A program made the position numbers and the translations under genes. DNA of 64,000 nucleotides from an uncultured Gemmatimonadales bacterium (lineage in GTDB: Bacteria; Gemmatimonadota; Gemmatimonadetes; Gemmatimonadales; Gemmatimonadaceae). The notes under the pieces were generated by a model. It was not told the origin of the DNA and did not search any database. It saw only the letters and a list, made by a program, of their open reading frames with translations. The number at the start of each line of letters is the position of its first letter. Position 1 is the first letter of the stretch. The stretch is taken from contig CAWBZV010000005.1 in NCBI GenBank assembly GCA_963793305.1, positions 1,440,001-1,504,000 on the forward strand, in the 5' to 3' direction. This document shows positions 31,209 through 43,040 of this stretch, one piece after another.

Positions 31209-34200
31209 ATGATTGCGCGCGCCCTCGTCTTTCTGATCGCCGGCGGCTTACTCGCGCTCCGTGCGGGCGCACAACCGCCGCCTCCGGTATGTGATACCTG
31301 CGTCAATCCGGTCACGATCACGATCACCCCGACGACGCCGACGACTGATACGCTGAGATCGCGCAGCGAAACGATCAGCATCTGCGCATCGCCGTTGGTC
31401 AGTGATTCGGCCGAGTGGAACGGCGCGACGATCACCGGTCTCACGATCTCCAACGGCTGCGCCACGAAGACCGCGTCATACACATACCACGTGGGCTCGA
31501 ATAAATGGCAGGCGTGGGGGTGCAGTGGGCTGGGGGGTGGCGACAACAAAGGTGAGTGCATTAATCAGAGTCTGTCGATACAACACCCGGCCCTCGGCGT
31601 GAATCCGAAGGGGACGACCGTTGATGTCGCCGACAGTACGATTGCGAAGGAGCTTTTCACGGTCAGTAACTACGACACGGCGTCGCACACCTATACCCTG
31701 ACGCTGACCTGTACCTCTACCGTGACGAGCTGTAGCGCCTCTCCCGCGAGTTCGATCACGGTCAATCCAGGATTGCAAGGCACGGACACCGTGACCTACC
31801 GCGCTGGTGCCACCGGCACGACTGGCACCATCCAACTCAAGGCCACCGCCGCCGGCAACAGCGATAGCGCGATCGTAACGGTCAGGGCCATCAGCGCGCT
31901 CACGGTGAGCACAGCGTTCATGAACCAGGACGATCAGGACATGACTCGATGTGCCGTGAGCTGCTTCGCCGCGACGACGGGGCTGAGCACAGTTCCGATC
32001 ATTTCGAAAGGGCTGCCACGGGGTATCTCGCTGGTCTACCATGGGGATCGGGTTGCCGTGCGTCCGTTTCTCTACATGGATGTGACGGCCAGCAACAGCA
32101 CGCCCGCACTCCAAGACTTACAGTTGACGGCCCAGTACCAGGTCAATGGCAGCTGGATCGCCATGACGTTCGTAAACGGCGACCGGACGCTGCACTTCGC
32201 GGGAAGCCAGCTGAATGCGAAGCCGGCCGACACCTTCCGGCTTGGCGCGCAAGTAGACGTGAGCAGCCTGGCGAGCACGGCCTGGGCCGCTGCGCCGCTC
32301 AAGATCACGCTCGTGGCGGTATACAGCGACCACCAGGAGTTCTACACCGACTCCTCCCAAACCTTATCGGTGGTCAGCGAGCGCGCGTCACCGATCGCGG
32401 CAGGGTGGTCCGTCGCCGGCGTGCCGCACCTGTACGGCCGATCGGACAACACCGCATCTCAGATTGTCGTGAAGGAAGGCAACGGGTCAACCACGTTGTA
32501 CAACGGCAATAATTGTGTCCCGAACTGCATCTGGATGCCCGCGGGCCCCGGCGTGTTCAGTCGGATTGACTACCTCTGGGGTGCGCCAGACTCAATGGTC
32601 TACATCCGGAGCTACCCGGATTCGACTCGAGAGTATTTCTACGGATCGCGGGTCAACAGTGGCGCCATCGGCAGACGGGTCGACCGGTTCCAGGATACCG
32701 TCCTATTCAAGTACGACACGCTTGGCCGCCTGGACTCGATCACGGACCCCTACCGCACCGCGAGCGGCGCGCACCTGGCGTGGCAGATCAAGTACGGGCC
32801 GAATGGCATTGATTCGATCATCGAGCCCCTCACCGCGGGAGTGAGCAACGCTCGGAAGACGACCGACTCGGTTGACGTGAATCACCTGCTGCGTAAATGG
32901 ACCGACCCCGATGGCGCCTCGACCCGATTCGGGTATGACGCCGACAATCGGCTGAATAGCATCACGGATCGCAACGGCAACACGACGACGTTCAAGTACG
33001 ACACGCTGTGGAAGCTGGACACGATCGTATCGCCGCAGGTGCCGATTGATAACCACGGAACTGGCAGTCCGACGAATCAGTCGCTGATGACCGTCTACCA
33101 AGACTGGCAAGAGGCCGGGGTTCCGTACAAGCACACCAGCGACAGCGTAGCTTCGCAGTGGCAACCCGCGCGGACTGATACGATCCGTGGCCGGACGACG
33201 GACCCTCTGGGATACGTCCACGCGATCCAGCCGGACCGCTGGGGACAGGCGTTAGCGCTGACCGATCCGTTGGGCAATACGATGACCTATGCGCGCGATC
33301 AGAATGGTATGCCGGAGACGGTCACGTATCCGACGGGGGCGCAGGACCAGTTTACTTTCAGTGGCCCGTTGCTCACGCAAAGCACGCCCGCGTATCAGAC
33401 CGTGACGACGTATTACGCCTACGGGCCGTTCGCGATCCCTGATTCCGTTTACGGCACGGGCATTCCGACGACGTACAACTACTTCACGGTCGCCGGCCGT
33501 GGCCGGATCGACTCGACGCGAGTCGGCGCAGGCAATAAAGCGACGCACTACACGTACGATAATTTCTTCCGCGTGACGCAGGCCGTTGATCCGCTTGGCG
33601 ATACGACGCACATGGGCTATGACGCGATCAGCGGGAACCTCGATAGCAGCCAAGCGCTCCCGAGCCAGCGATTGGCGACGACGACCTTCGACCACGTCGG
33701 GCGAGACTCGATCGATGTCGTCACCAGCTATACGATCCGGCAGTCGACCACCAAGCTCTATGACCCGATGAACCGGGTGATCGGGTTGCTCGACGGGGTG
33801 CATACGGGCGACACGATCAAATACCACTACGACAGCCTGTATCTGCGGTCGACGACCGACTTGAAGGGCCAGGTCTACCAGACGACCTACAACCCTCTCG
33901 GCTGGCCCGTGACGCAAGTCGATCCGGCGAATCGGACAACGACCGCGACGTACAATGCGCTCGGTCTCCCGATGACGGCGACGAATCGGCGTGGTCAGAT
34001 GATGACGTACAGCTACGACATCACTGGCCGTCTGACGGGTGTCCACAAGCCGTCAGTGCGGAGCGAAGCAGATGCCGCCGACACGGTCGTGTATTCGGTC
34101 ACGGGCGATGTCGTCAGGGACTCGAACGCCGTGCAGAAGAACGTCACGTACGTCTCAGACGCTAGTAACTGGACGGACTCGACGATCACGTATTTCGTGA

Positions 34201-36028
34201 CGCACGGCACATGGTGGAAGCGGCACTACTTCCACAGCGCCCTTGGACAGATCGATTCGATCGTGTTCACCACGAACGCGACCGGCGCGCCGCCACACAC
34301 GCGCCATTTCGGGTGGGATGCGGCGGCCGGAGTATTGGACAGCATTCTGGGTCGGCACGACTGCGGCAACGCACTTGGGGTACAACGCTCTGTGGATGCA
34401 CACCACGACTACCTATCCCACGAGTGTCATTCGGACAGACAGTATCTCACAGATTCTCGGGCTCGTCTCCTCGACGTATTCGACGACGAACACCTCGGTG
34501 TTCAACCGCGGCTACGACTACGACTCGGCGGGACGGATCACCGAGGTCGATCTCCCCAACGGCACGAGTGAGCTCTACACCTACAACGGGACTGGCCAGT
34601 TGGCCGAGTGGATAACCGGTCACTGGATGGCGTCGGACTCGATTACGTGTTGGAAGACGCATGGGGAGATGGGCTACCCGTGCGGCAGTATCCTAGACTT
34701 CTCCGTGTCGCAGCAGTACGACTATAGCTTCGACCTGGCCGACAACCTCGACACGGTGAAGAACGTCACCGGCGGGACCGACACGCTCGGGGTGTTCGGT
34801 ACCGGCAATACCGATAGCCTGTGGAAGGCGGTATCCGTTACGCACGACAACGACGGCGATCGAGCGACGAACGGAAGCGCGACATCGTACGTCTGGAGCG
34901 CCGACGGGCGGTTGTTGCAGGCCATCACGGCCGCTTCGGGAAATGACACAAGCGTCTACGACTATAACGTGGCCGGGCAACTGACCCGGCGGCAAAAGCA
35001 TGGCGTTGATGACCGATACTATCTCTGGGACCATGGCCAGCTGGTGGCGATCCTCGATCAATGGGCCGAGGACGTTCTCAGCGGAGTACGCGTATTATCC
35101 GGGGACCGATCGGCTGTTCGCGCAGGGGGTGCCATCCCTGAGCACTCTGTCGTATTACGAGCAGGATGGGAAAGGCAATGTCGTCGGCGTGCACACGAAC
35201 GGAGTGGCCAACCAGACGTTGAGCTATGACCCCTGGGGCAACCTCGAGTCGCTCTCCAGCAGTGGCAGCGACACGACGCAGCTGCGGTGGAAGGGACTGT
35301 TGTGGGAGGAGGGGCCGAAGCTCTACTACATGCGGGCGCGCTGGTACGATCCGGTGACGCGCCGGTTCGTGTCGCCTGATCCGTTGGGACTTGCGGCGGG
35401 AATCAATCAGTACGCGTTCGCGGGTGGGGATCCGATCAATGGTTCGGATCCGGGTGGGATGGAGGCGTGCGACGGTGGAGACGACAGTAGTGATGAGTAT
35501 TTTTGCGACCCTGGCGGTGGCGACAACGGGCCGGGCACAGCCGCCACCTGTACGTTGCAGACACCGATCGCCGAATGCTTCGCACCTATCAATAACGATC
35601 CTGCTGTTGTGCTTACCTACGACTGGGCTCAGTACATCGGCATTGGTGGAGATTTCGGAACCACCCTAGTATTGACCACGGACGACTTAGCGATCTACAA
35701 CACCGTTGGCGCAGGGACCGGTTTGGATCAGGGGCCGTCGCTCATGGGAGGTGTCGCAACCTCCGCGAATGCAGTTTCGGATGCCTCAACTACGGTGTGC
35801 GGCGGAGATGGGGCCGCGGCTTGTTATTCGGGCAACCCCAGCGGTAGCGTCTACTTGATCGGAGCACAGTCAGGCGCGGGAGGTCACGGAGGAACCACGT
35901 ATAGCGTGCTGATGTTCAGCCTGCAGACATTTTGGCACCAATTGACAAATTCTGTCAATCAGTGGGCTCAGGGCTTCTTCAATAACCCTTACAACAATCC
36001 CTGTGCTGTCTTCGCTGACGCCTGTTAG
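31209..36028 (+). CDS. Rhs/YD-repeat protein 1 (~1600 aa) with Sec signal peptide; two apparent frameshifts (~34346, ~35080)
   Basis: MIARALVFLIAGGLLALRAGA signal; YD repeats; core LYYMRARWYDP..RRFVSPDPLG..GINQYAF..GDPINGSDPGG. Confidence 0.88.
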
Positions 36029-36239
36029 ATACTCGTATCATTCGTGCAGCTTTACCTTGGGAGTCGCGGACGATTCATGGTTGGCGCGTGGAAGTGAGCG
36101 CGCCAACCGCTCCTCATGATAACGTGCGGCTGGGTCACGACCTAAGGCCGGTCACAAGGATGCACTGCCCTTTGCTTGTCGTTTTAGGTTCGACGCTTAA
36201 AGCAAGGGACTAGTGCCAGGCATAGTCCCGCGCCGCCCC

Positions 36240-36800
36240 TTAGCCCTCGAGGGCCGAGCCACTGACCGCAGCGGCTTCCGCGATCTGACGAAGAACCCCC
36301 AGCAACACCTCGCGCTCGCGCGCGGCCAGATCCATCATGGCCCCGTGCAGCAGTACCGAGCCTACCACTGCGATACCAAGAAAGAGGATGGCTCCTGCGA
36401 CAGGGATCCCGTGCGATACGCCTATAAAGAAAACGACCACGAGCCATGCCAGGAATACACACCAGCTGATGATCGTCTTTAATGAGGGTCCAGCCTCGAC
36501 TCGCACTCGGCTGCCGCCAGACTCAGGAGGGCCCGGCTCGACTGTTCCGCGCCACGCAGGTCGATAAGATGTGCGCCGGCCGAAAATAGTGCCGCCGACC
36601 AGGTAAAATCTGTTGCCGTCTACACGCACCCTGACTCCGGCTTGGTCCAGGGGCGCGGGACACTGGTATGGCGGGTGCCCTCCGTGTCGCAATGTCCCGA
36701 GGCGACTCAAGAGTGCGTCAGGTGATAGGGGAGATGTGAGTTCCACAGCATCACGAGACGGGGCCAGGGACTTCGCGGGAGTGTTATTGATGCCACTCAA
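36240..36800 (-). CDS. Hypothetical membrane protein (2 C-terminal TMs)
   Basis: 186-aa ORF, soluble N-domain plus TM hairpin. Confidence 0.6.
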   Translation of the reverse strand: MSGINNTPAKSLAPSRDAVELTSPLSPDALLSRLGTLRHGGHPPYQCPAPLDQAGVRVRVDGNRFYLVGGTIFGRRTSYRPAWRGTVEPGPPESGGSRVRVEAGPSLKTIISWCVFLAWLVVVFFIGVSHGIPVAGAILFLGIAVVGSVLLHGAMMDLAAREREVLLGVLRQIAEAAAVSGSALEG

Positions 36801-37488
36801 TGGCTAGCTCGCGAGGGTTCGCCGAGAAATATACTTCATGCCCGGATCGGGGCCTGTACGAGCACGCCACGGCGAAGGTGTTGGGCAAACGACAGCCCGA
36901 CCGTGGATTGAGTTACCCGGCGCAGAGCATCCTCGCACCGATGCGCGGGGACGTGTGCTGCCATGACTCTCAGTGCACACCTGCAGGCGGCCCAAAGGGT
37001 GTTTGGACGGTCGGCGTCACGGTACGGAAGTACGAGGTCGGATTGTTCGCGACATTCTTCTTTGAAATCGTATCGGCGCTTTCGCTGGGGCAGGTGTCGC
37101 GGTGGCCGAAGGTTGAGGGGTGCCGTTTGGTGCTCGGTGTCAACTTCGTGCCGATTGCGATCATCGTGTTACTTCTGCGACTGGCTGAACGTCGCGGCAT
37201 GTGAGGTTCTCCGGGCCTGCTTCGTCGCGGCGAGCGTTCCGTCGAGGAACGATGTGGCGCGATCATAGCGTCAACGACCGCGTTTCGAGCTGCCGGCGCG
37301 GTGATCGTCGACCTCATGGATCACTGTTGTGGCACGAGCCCTCCTGATCAAAGCGTGCCCGAAGCCAAGCTTGAGTGGTCGAGCGGAGGATCGGGGTTGC
37401 AGCGCGAACAGCGCGACAGGGCGCAGCCTGCTATTACAGTTCGTAGGCGTGGCGTCGAGCTCTGACGCTGCGGCCTTGACGCATCGCA

Positions 37489-38352
37489 CTAGGGCGTTGC
37501 GCCCGGTAGTCGGTCCGGCGGCTCGGTTGGTCGTCGGGGCGGTGTCGAGGTGTCGGCGACCGCAGTCGGGGCTTCCGTTTGGCCGGCAAGCGAGCGACGT
37601 TGGCGATCGAGGGCGAGAAATGCGCCTCCTGGCATTGACAGGTAGATCCACCAGGGTCCGTACAGCCCATGGCGCACGATGCCGGCTCCGAACAGTTGGA
37701 TGGCCATCCATTGTTGCGTGACTTTGCCCGTGCCCCACTCGATCCCGAACTTGCCAAAGCCGATGAGCGCGACAATGACCCATAACCAGCGCCGCTTAAG
37801 CGGCGACCGCACCACTTGCACGGCCGCATATGCCGATGTGCCCAGCACAACAATGGCAAGCAGTGCGGCAATCAGCCCACCAGGTGATGCATGCTGCAGT
37901 GTAAGCGCGGTACGCGATTGCAGAGACGAGGGCTCGGGCCACGCGTGGAGGCCGACCACTTCCGGCTGATGATCCTCGTCCTCCCACAGGGTTAGCTGGA
38001 TGAGCACCCACGTCCCGCTCGCATGCAGCTGATAAACGATAATCCGCTGGGCCGATCCGGTGTAACTGTCCTTCACATCGACTCCGACAATCTGCAGCGA
38101 GTCCGACTGGCCCTGTGGCACGAGGCGCTGAATCGTCGCAATGCTGTCGACGACTGCATCGTTCATCGCCATCTGTGGTACGAAGAATTTCAGTGCCACA
38201 CGCGCCGGCTGATGTTGCAGAGTGTCGATAAACGCTCGTGCGAACTGATCGGTTGGCGGGGGAACGGATCGCGCGATCATTCCCCTCGACGGCATAAAAC
38301 AGCCCGTGGTCAACATCGCCATCATGACATAGACGTCGCGTGACAGGCGCAT
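37489..38352 (-). CDS. Hypothetical lipoprotein/membrane protein
   Basis: Lipobox-like LTTGC, soluble domain, three C-terminal hydrophobic segments. Confidence 0.65.
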   Translation of the reverse strand: MRLSRDVYVMMAMLTTGCFMPSRGMIARSVPPPTDQFARAFIDTLQHQPARVALKFFVPQMAMNDAVVDSIATIQRLVPQGQSDSLQIVGVDVKDSYTGSAQRIIVYQLHASGTWVLIQLTLWEDEDHQPEVVGLHAWPEPSSLQSRTALTLQHASPGGLIAALLAIVVLGTSAYAAVQVVRSPLKRRWLWVIVALIGFGKFGIEWGTGKVTQQWMAIQLFGAGIVRHGLYGPWWIYLSMPGGAFLALDRQRRSLAGQTEAPTAVADTSTPPRRPTEPPDRLPGATP

Positions 38353-38519
38353 AAGGCCACAATATTTGATGCTCGTTCCGCGAATAGCAACGACGGCCTA
38401 TACAGAGTACTCCATAACGCTGAGGTGAAGGTGTCCGGCAACTCCGATCGCCCGAGCCGGTATACGGTCCTCGCGTCGACGGCAGCCATAGTGGCGCGCG
38501 CGAGGGCGCGGACGCAGGC

Positions 38520-38720
38520 AATCGCGCGGGTTGTGTGAGGCAAGCGCTCGCGGGGCGACACCCGGCGGAGAATCGGTATGGCGAGCGCGGCCTCGCGCAC
38601 GTAACGCGATCGGGTGAGGCCGGCGGCAGCGGCCCACAGGCTGATCGTCTCGTATTCCAGAACGGTGAACGGGACATGCAGGAAGCGGCGCGGCGGCTTG
38701 TGGCTCGGGCGGCGCGCGTG
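38520..38720 (-). pseudogene. MobC-like ribbon-helix-helix remnant (approximate bounds)
   Basis: LHVPFTVLEYETISLWAAAAGLTRSRYVREAAL resembles the mobilisation-protein RHH pattern. Confidence 0.45.
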
Positions 38721-38982
38721 TCGGCTGTCGCCGGCGGGCTGTTCAGGAAGCATGTGCTGGCATCCTCTCGATTGAGGAGAAAGACAAGAACCGGATGCCG
38801 GCATGCTTATGATGGGGCGTCAGTCGACCGTCAGACTTCTAACGGTGCGAAAATGCCGCCGTAGTGAATTAACCGGCCCGCTGGCCGGTCCGGGGTTGAA
38901 GGGGTGACTCACCGGGCAAGGCACCACGCCCGTTCATGACGCTGCACAGCTGGGCGGGACCGGCTGCCGGCCGGGCCTGCGG

Positions 38983-41900
38983 TTGACCAAGGCGGGGTGG
39001 ACAGTCTCGCCGGTGACGCGGCGGTGGCAGTGCTACGGCGCCAACACAGGAACTGATTCCGCCGATGTCACGAGGCTGTGGATCGACCAGTGGGGCGACC
39101 CCTTCCGGATTCGAGACGCGCACGGCGACGAGACAGAACTGACGCGCGCGAATACGACCTACCCGTCGCTCGTGACCTACGCTCGTTACGCAAACGGTCG
39201 AGTTTTCGCCGCGACGTATGATGGGCGCGGCAACCCGCAGACGGTGACCGACTCGTCCTTCTCCATCAGCGGTACGTACCCCACGACGCGCTATGTCTTC
39301 AATCAAACGTACGATTTCGCGACAAAGATCGTGCGCCCGGCGCAGGATAGCATCATGATGGTGTACGATACCGCGTTCGGCAATCGGACGTCGCTGCAGA
39401 CTGGGGCGCTGGCGGCACAGACAGTGAACTTTACGTATTGGGCGGACTCGGTGACGGAGCCAGGCAGAAACCTCCTGGCATCAGTCGTTCAGCCGGTGGA
39501 GTCCCCGAAGGCGGACTCGGTCTATTACGACTTTCTCGGGAACGACAGCAGCGCGGTATCGCCACTGAAAATCAGGGTGCGCACCCATCGGGATTCGATC
39601 GGTCGCGTCGTTAAGGTCATCACGCCGATTGATTCATCGAACTCGCAGACGGACTCGACGCAGTACGATAACATGGACCGAGCCGTCTTCACCTCGAGCC
39701 ATGCGCCTGCCCTGACGCATAACTTCGCGCCCGATACCTCGTTCCTCGGGCAGACCGGCATGATATTCCGCCCGTTCACTGCTGATTCGGCGGCGCTCAC
39801 GGTTACGACAACCTACGACACAGCTGGGGCTCCGATCTCTGTCGTTCGATCCTCGTTGCCCGACTCGAACGCGATCGGGCCAATGCGGACGGACTACGTG
39901 CGCAATGTCGTGGGACGGGTCGTGAAGACCGTGCAACACTTCGGGGGGGAAATCCAGACAGCACAGCGTTTGACAGCACACGATACGACGCCGTTGGCAA
40001 CCCCGTCACGACGGTGACCCGGCGGCACGACATCATCCTTGCAACCTTCGACGCGCTGAACCACGCGGTTCAGCGTGTGTTGCCTGCTAAGGAATACCCA
40101 TTGGATACGAATTCCAGTTGGAAAGTTCTCAATTGGCGGTTCCCGCAGTACTCGAACTGCGCTGATCACACCGGTTACTGCATCCCCGCCGACACGGCGA
40201 CCTTTGCATACGACAGGGTCGGCGACATGACGCTGGCGAACAATGGCGATGCGCAGATCACTCGTGTATACAACTCTGATGGTACGCTCGCGGCCGACAC
40301 ATTGCGTATTCGAGCTTGGGCGGCGGCAGATTTCTCGCTACATGTCTACGGGTTGACCTATACGTACGACCTCGATGGCCGCCGGCTGACGTTCAACCAT
40401 CCAGCGACCATCGCGCCCACCTCGGGCGGTGTGGTCCTCGGGCAGCAGCAATACACGTATGATGGCGGGGGAGTCGGAGTGTTGACTAACGTCACCGACG
40501 TACTTGGTTACGATTTTACGTACCAGTATGACTTGGACCAGCGTGTGGTTCACGTGGGCAGCGAAGCGGCCATCGAGCATTCGACATTCGATGCCGATGG
40601 TCGGTTGCAGGAGCGGGTGGACTCGGCAACAAATGTGTCGCCGGTCGACGGCTGGCAGTACAACACGCTGCACGACAACGTCTACTACTACGATCTCCGC
40701 GGCAACATCGTGCGCGCCAGCGGACGCGATACGAGCGAGCAATTGGAGACGGTCAACGCGTATTCTGGACTTGGTGCGCTCGACGATGGCCTGATCCGGC
40801 CGCTCAACGATCCCAACCCAGGGCAGTTCGATCATACCGACGAGTGGGTGCGCAGCGATGCGTTCGGCAATCCATACCATCGTTGGTCCGATACACGGAA
40901 CGGGGGTACCTACGGAGATAGTGCACAGAGCGCCCTGGTGTTCCGTTACGAGCCGGGCAGCGGTCGGTTGCTCGCTCAAGGTCAGACCGGCGGAGTCCCT
41001 TACTACTCAGACGCTGCCAGCTTCACATACGACTCCAGTGGCAACGAAGTCAGCACGTTTCATACTCGTAACTACTTGTCCGGTGGTATCAACTACAGGA
41101 TCGACATCGGAGTGGACGAATACTACGACGCCGCACAGCACTTGCGGGCCATGGATAAGCGCGAATGCGTGCCGGGGTTCGGACCGGGTGGCTCGTGTGC
41201 AGCCCTCTACTCGACACTTTCCGACATTCCCCATTTCGAGGAATTCCGGTACGACGCGCTTGGTCGCCGAATACTTCAGACAACGCTGGGGGATTCCCTT
41301 TGTGTGGGGGCGGGCGCCTTTCGATCGGGCATTGGCTGCCAGGGCGCGATCGAACGGACGGTGTACGATGGTGATCAGGTCCTATACGAGATCCGCATGC
41401 CGGACAGTGTGGGGATCTCTCCGAGCGATCTCGAGCGGGATACAGGGGCGGTCATAACCTACGAGGACACGACCTTCCAGTTCGGTAGAGTGGGATACAC
41501 GCACGGCCTCGGACTCGACCAGCCGCTCGACATCATCCGCATGGGATATGACACGCTCTTTGCAGGTCCGCAGCAGGTCGTCCCTTTGCGAGACTGGCGT
41601 GGTGGATACGACATCTCCGCATTCGCCCTCGGTGCGCGATACCAGTGCTCGGAGGAGCCTGACTCATTGGCTTTCGCAATGAACGGCGCGGTGCTGTGCT
41701 TTCAGGTCCAGCCTGGGGATCTCCAGTACGGTCTCTTTCACCAGGACCGATTTGTGGGGACACTGGCGTCCCATCAGCCCTACTGGACGGGTAGCCTGAT
41801 CGCCGATAAGCGGGATATGAACAACCGGTTGTACATGCGAAATCGTTACTACGATCCGCAAACCGGGCGGTTTACCCAGGAGGATCCCATTGGTCTGGCT

Positions 41901-42464
41901 GGCGGGTTGAATGCGTACGGATTCGCGGCTGGGGATCCGGTCAACTACTCGGATCCGTTTGGACTCGACCCTTGTATGACGCGAGGTAACTGCACCCAGG
42001 TACAGGGTGGCGAGCGAGAGGGGAACGCGAATGATTTGAAGACGCTCGGGAAGATGTTTGTCTCGGGCCTCAAGATCATGCTCGACCTCTACGTACTCGG
42101 TGCCTTTGAGCCCGAGAAGGAAGTAGAGGCTGGTGCGGCTGCGGCCGCAGAGGAAGGCGCTGCAGGGGCTGAGGCGGCCGAGTGGCCTGCTGCTGCCGAG
42201 GGGGAGACACGCGTGTCGCGTTGGATGAGCGAGGGGGAGTACAAGCAGATGCGTTCGACCGGCACACTTCAGGTTGGAGCGGAGGGAAGGACATCGGTTA
42301 CCCTTCCAGGTGCGCCGAAGCCGGGCGGCACCAGCAACGTTCGGGTAGACTTCAACATTCAGTCAGGTGCGCTTCAGCCCGGCGGGAACATGAATTGGAA
42401 AATCATATTTGGTGGCAACAGGATTCCTATCAATGGAATTCAACGAGTTACCTCTCCGCAGTGA
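38983..42464 (+). CDS. Rhs/YD-repeat protein 2, N-truncated, frameshift ~39945-39968, with TreTu-like ART C-terminal domain
   Basis: Begins mid-YD repeats with no signal peptide; core LYMRNRYYDPQTGRFTQEDPIG...DPVNYSDPFG; tip VSRWMSEGEYKQMRSTG. Confidence 0.85.
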
Positions 42465-42922
42465 TGATTCTCTACCGCTGCCTCGTACCTGCCGGCGATA
42501 GCGGTGAGGATATTGTCAACGCCGTCCGCGGATTCGCCGCGGACGGCACTCTGTCGCATGTCGCCGCATCGGTATCCCCTGATGGGCGAACGGTGCGACT
42601 TCAATCCGCAGAAGGGCAGGCACTGGCCCAGATCGCCGCGCTTGACGAACACGAGGTGGCGGAAATGCGTGTGCTCGGAGAATTTCACTCGTGCTTAGCG
42701 CTGACTCCGATGGAGGAGACGCAGGAATCAACGTTTCTGTGCTGGGAGGTGCTCACTGCGATTGCGGTGTTCAGGCCGTGCGCTGCTTGGATCAGCGATG
42801 CGGCATACAGTCCAGCCGATGTTCAAAAAGTGGCAACGGTCCGTCGTGCTCTGTTTAGCGACGGGGGCGATGGCTATCTGCTCGCGCCGTCCGAACTTGC
42901 CCGGGTTGTTGAAAGCATCTAA
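42464..42922 (+). CDS. Putative cognate immunity protein (start GTG 42461 or ATG 42464)
   Basis: Start overlaps the Rhs2 stop (GTGATG); acidic 152-aa protein. Confidence 0.65.
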   Translation: MILYRCLVPAGDSGEDIVNAVRGFAADGTLSHVAASVSPDGRTVRLQSAEGQALAQIAALDEHEVAEMRVLGEFHSCLALTPMEETQESTFLCWEVLTAIAVFRPCAAWISDAAYSPADVQKVATVRRALFSDGGDGYLLAPSELARVVESI

Positions 42923-43040
42923 TGCGTTGACGGCCCTCCCTTGCGAGGAGCCACTGTCGCGAGGTGCGGCGCGGACGCTGCGGGACCGCCTTGGGTGCGG
43001 ACTCCGATTGCGGCTTGAGGATGACTCGCTCGTGTTTTGC

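Noticed and set aside
34340..35090. Programmed frameshifting or phase variation in Rhs1
   Set aside because: No slippery run at these sites, and the same indel type occurs in housekeeping genes.
36800..37480. Possible gene(s) between the two membrane-protein genes
   Set aside because: Only short ORFs without motif or clear start; the HEVDDH string is not a valid HExxH.
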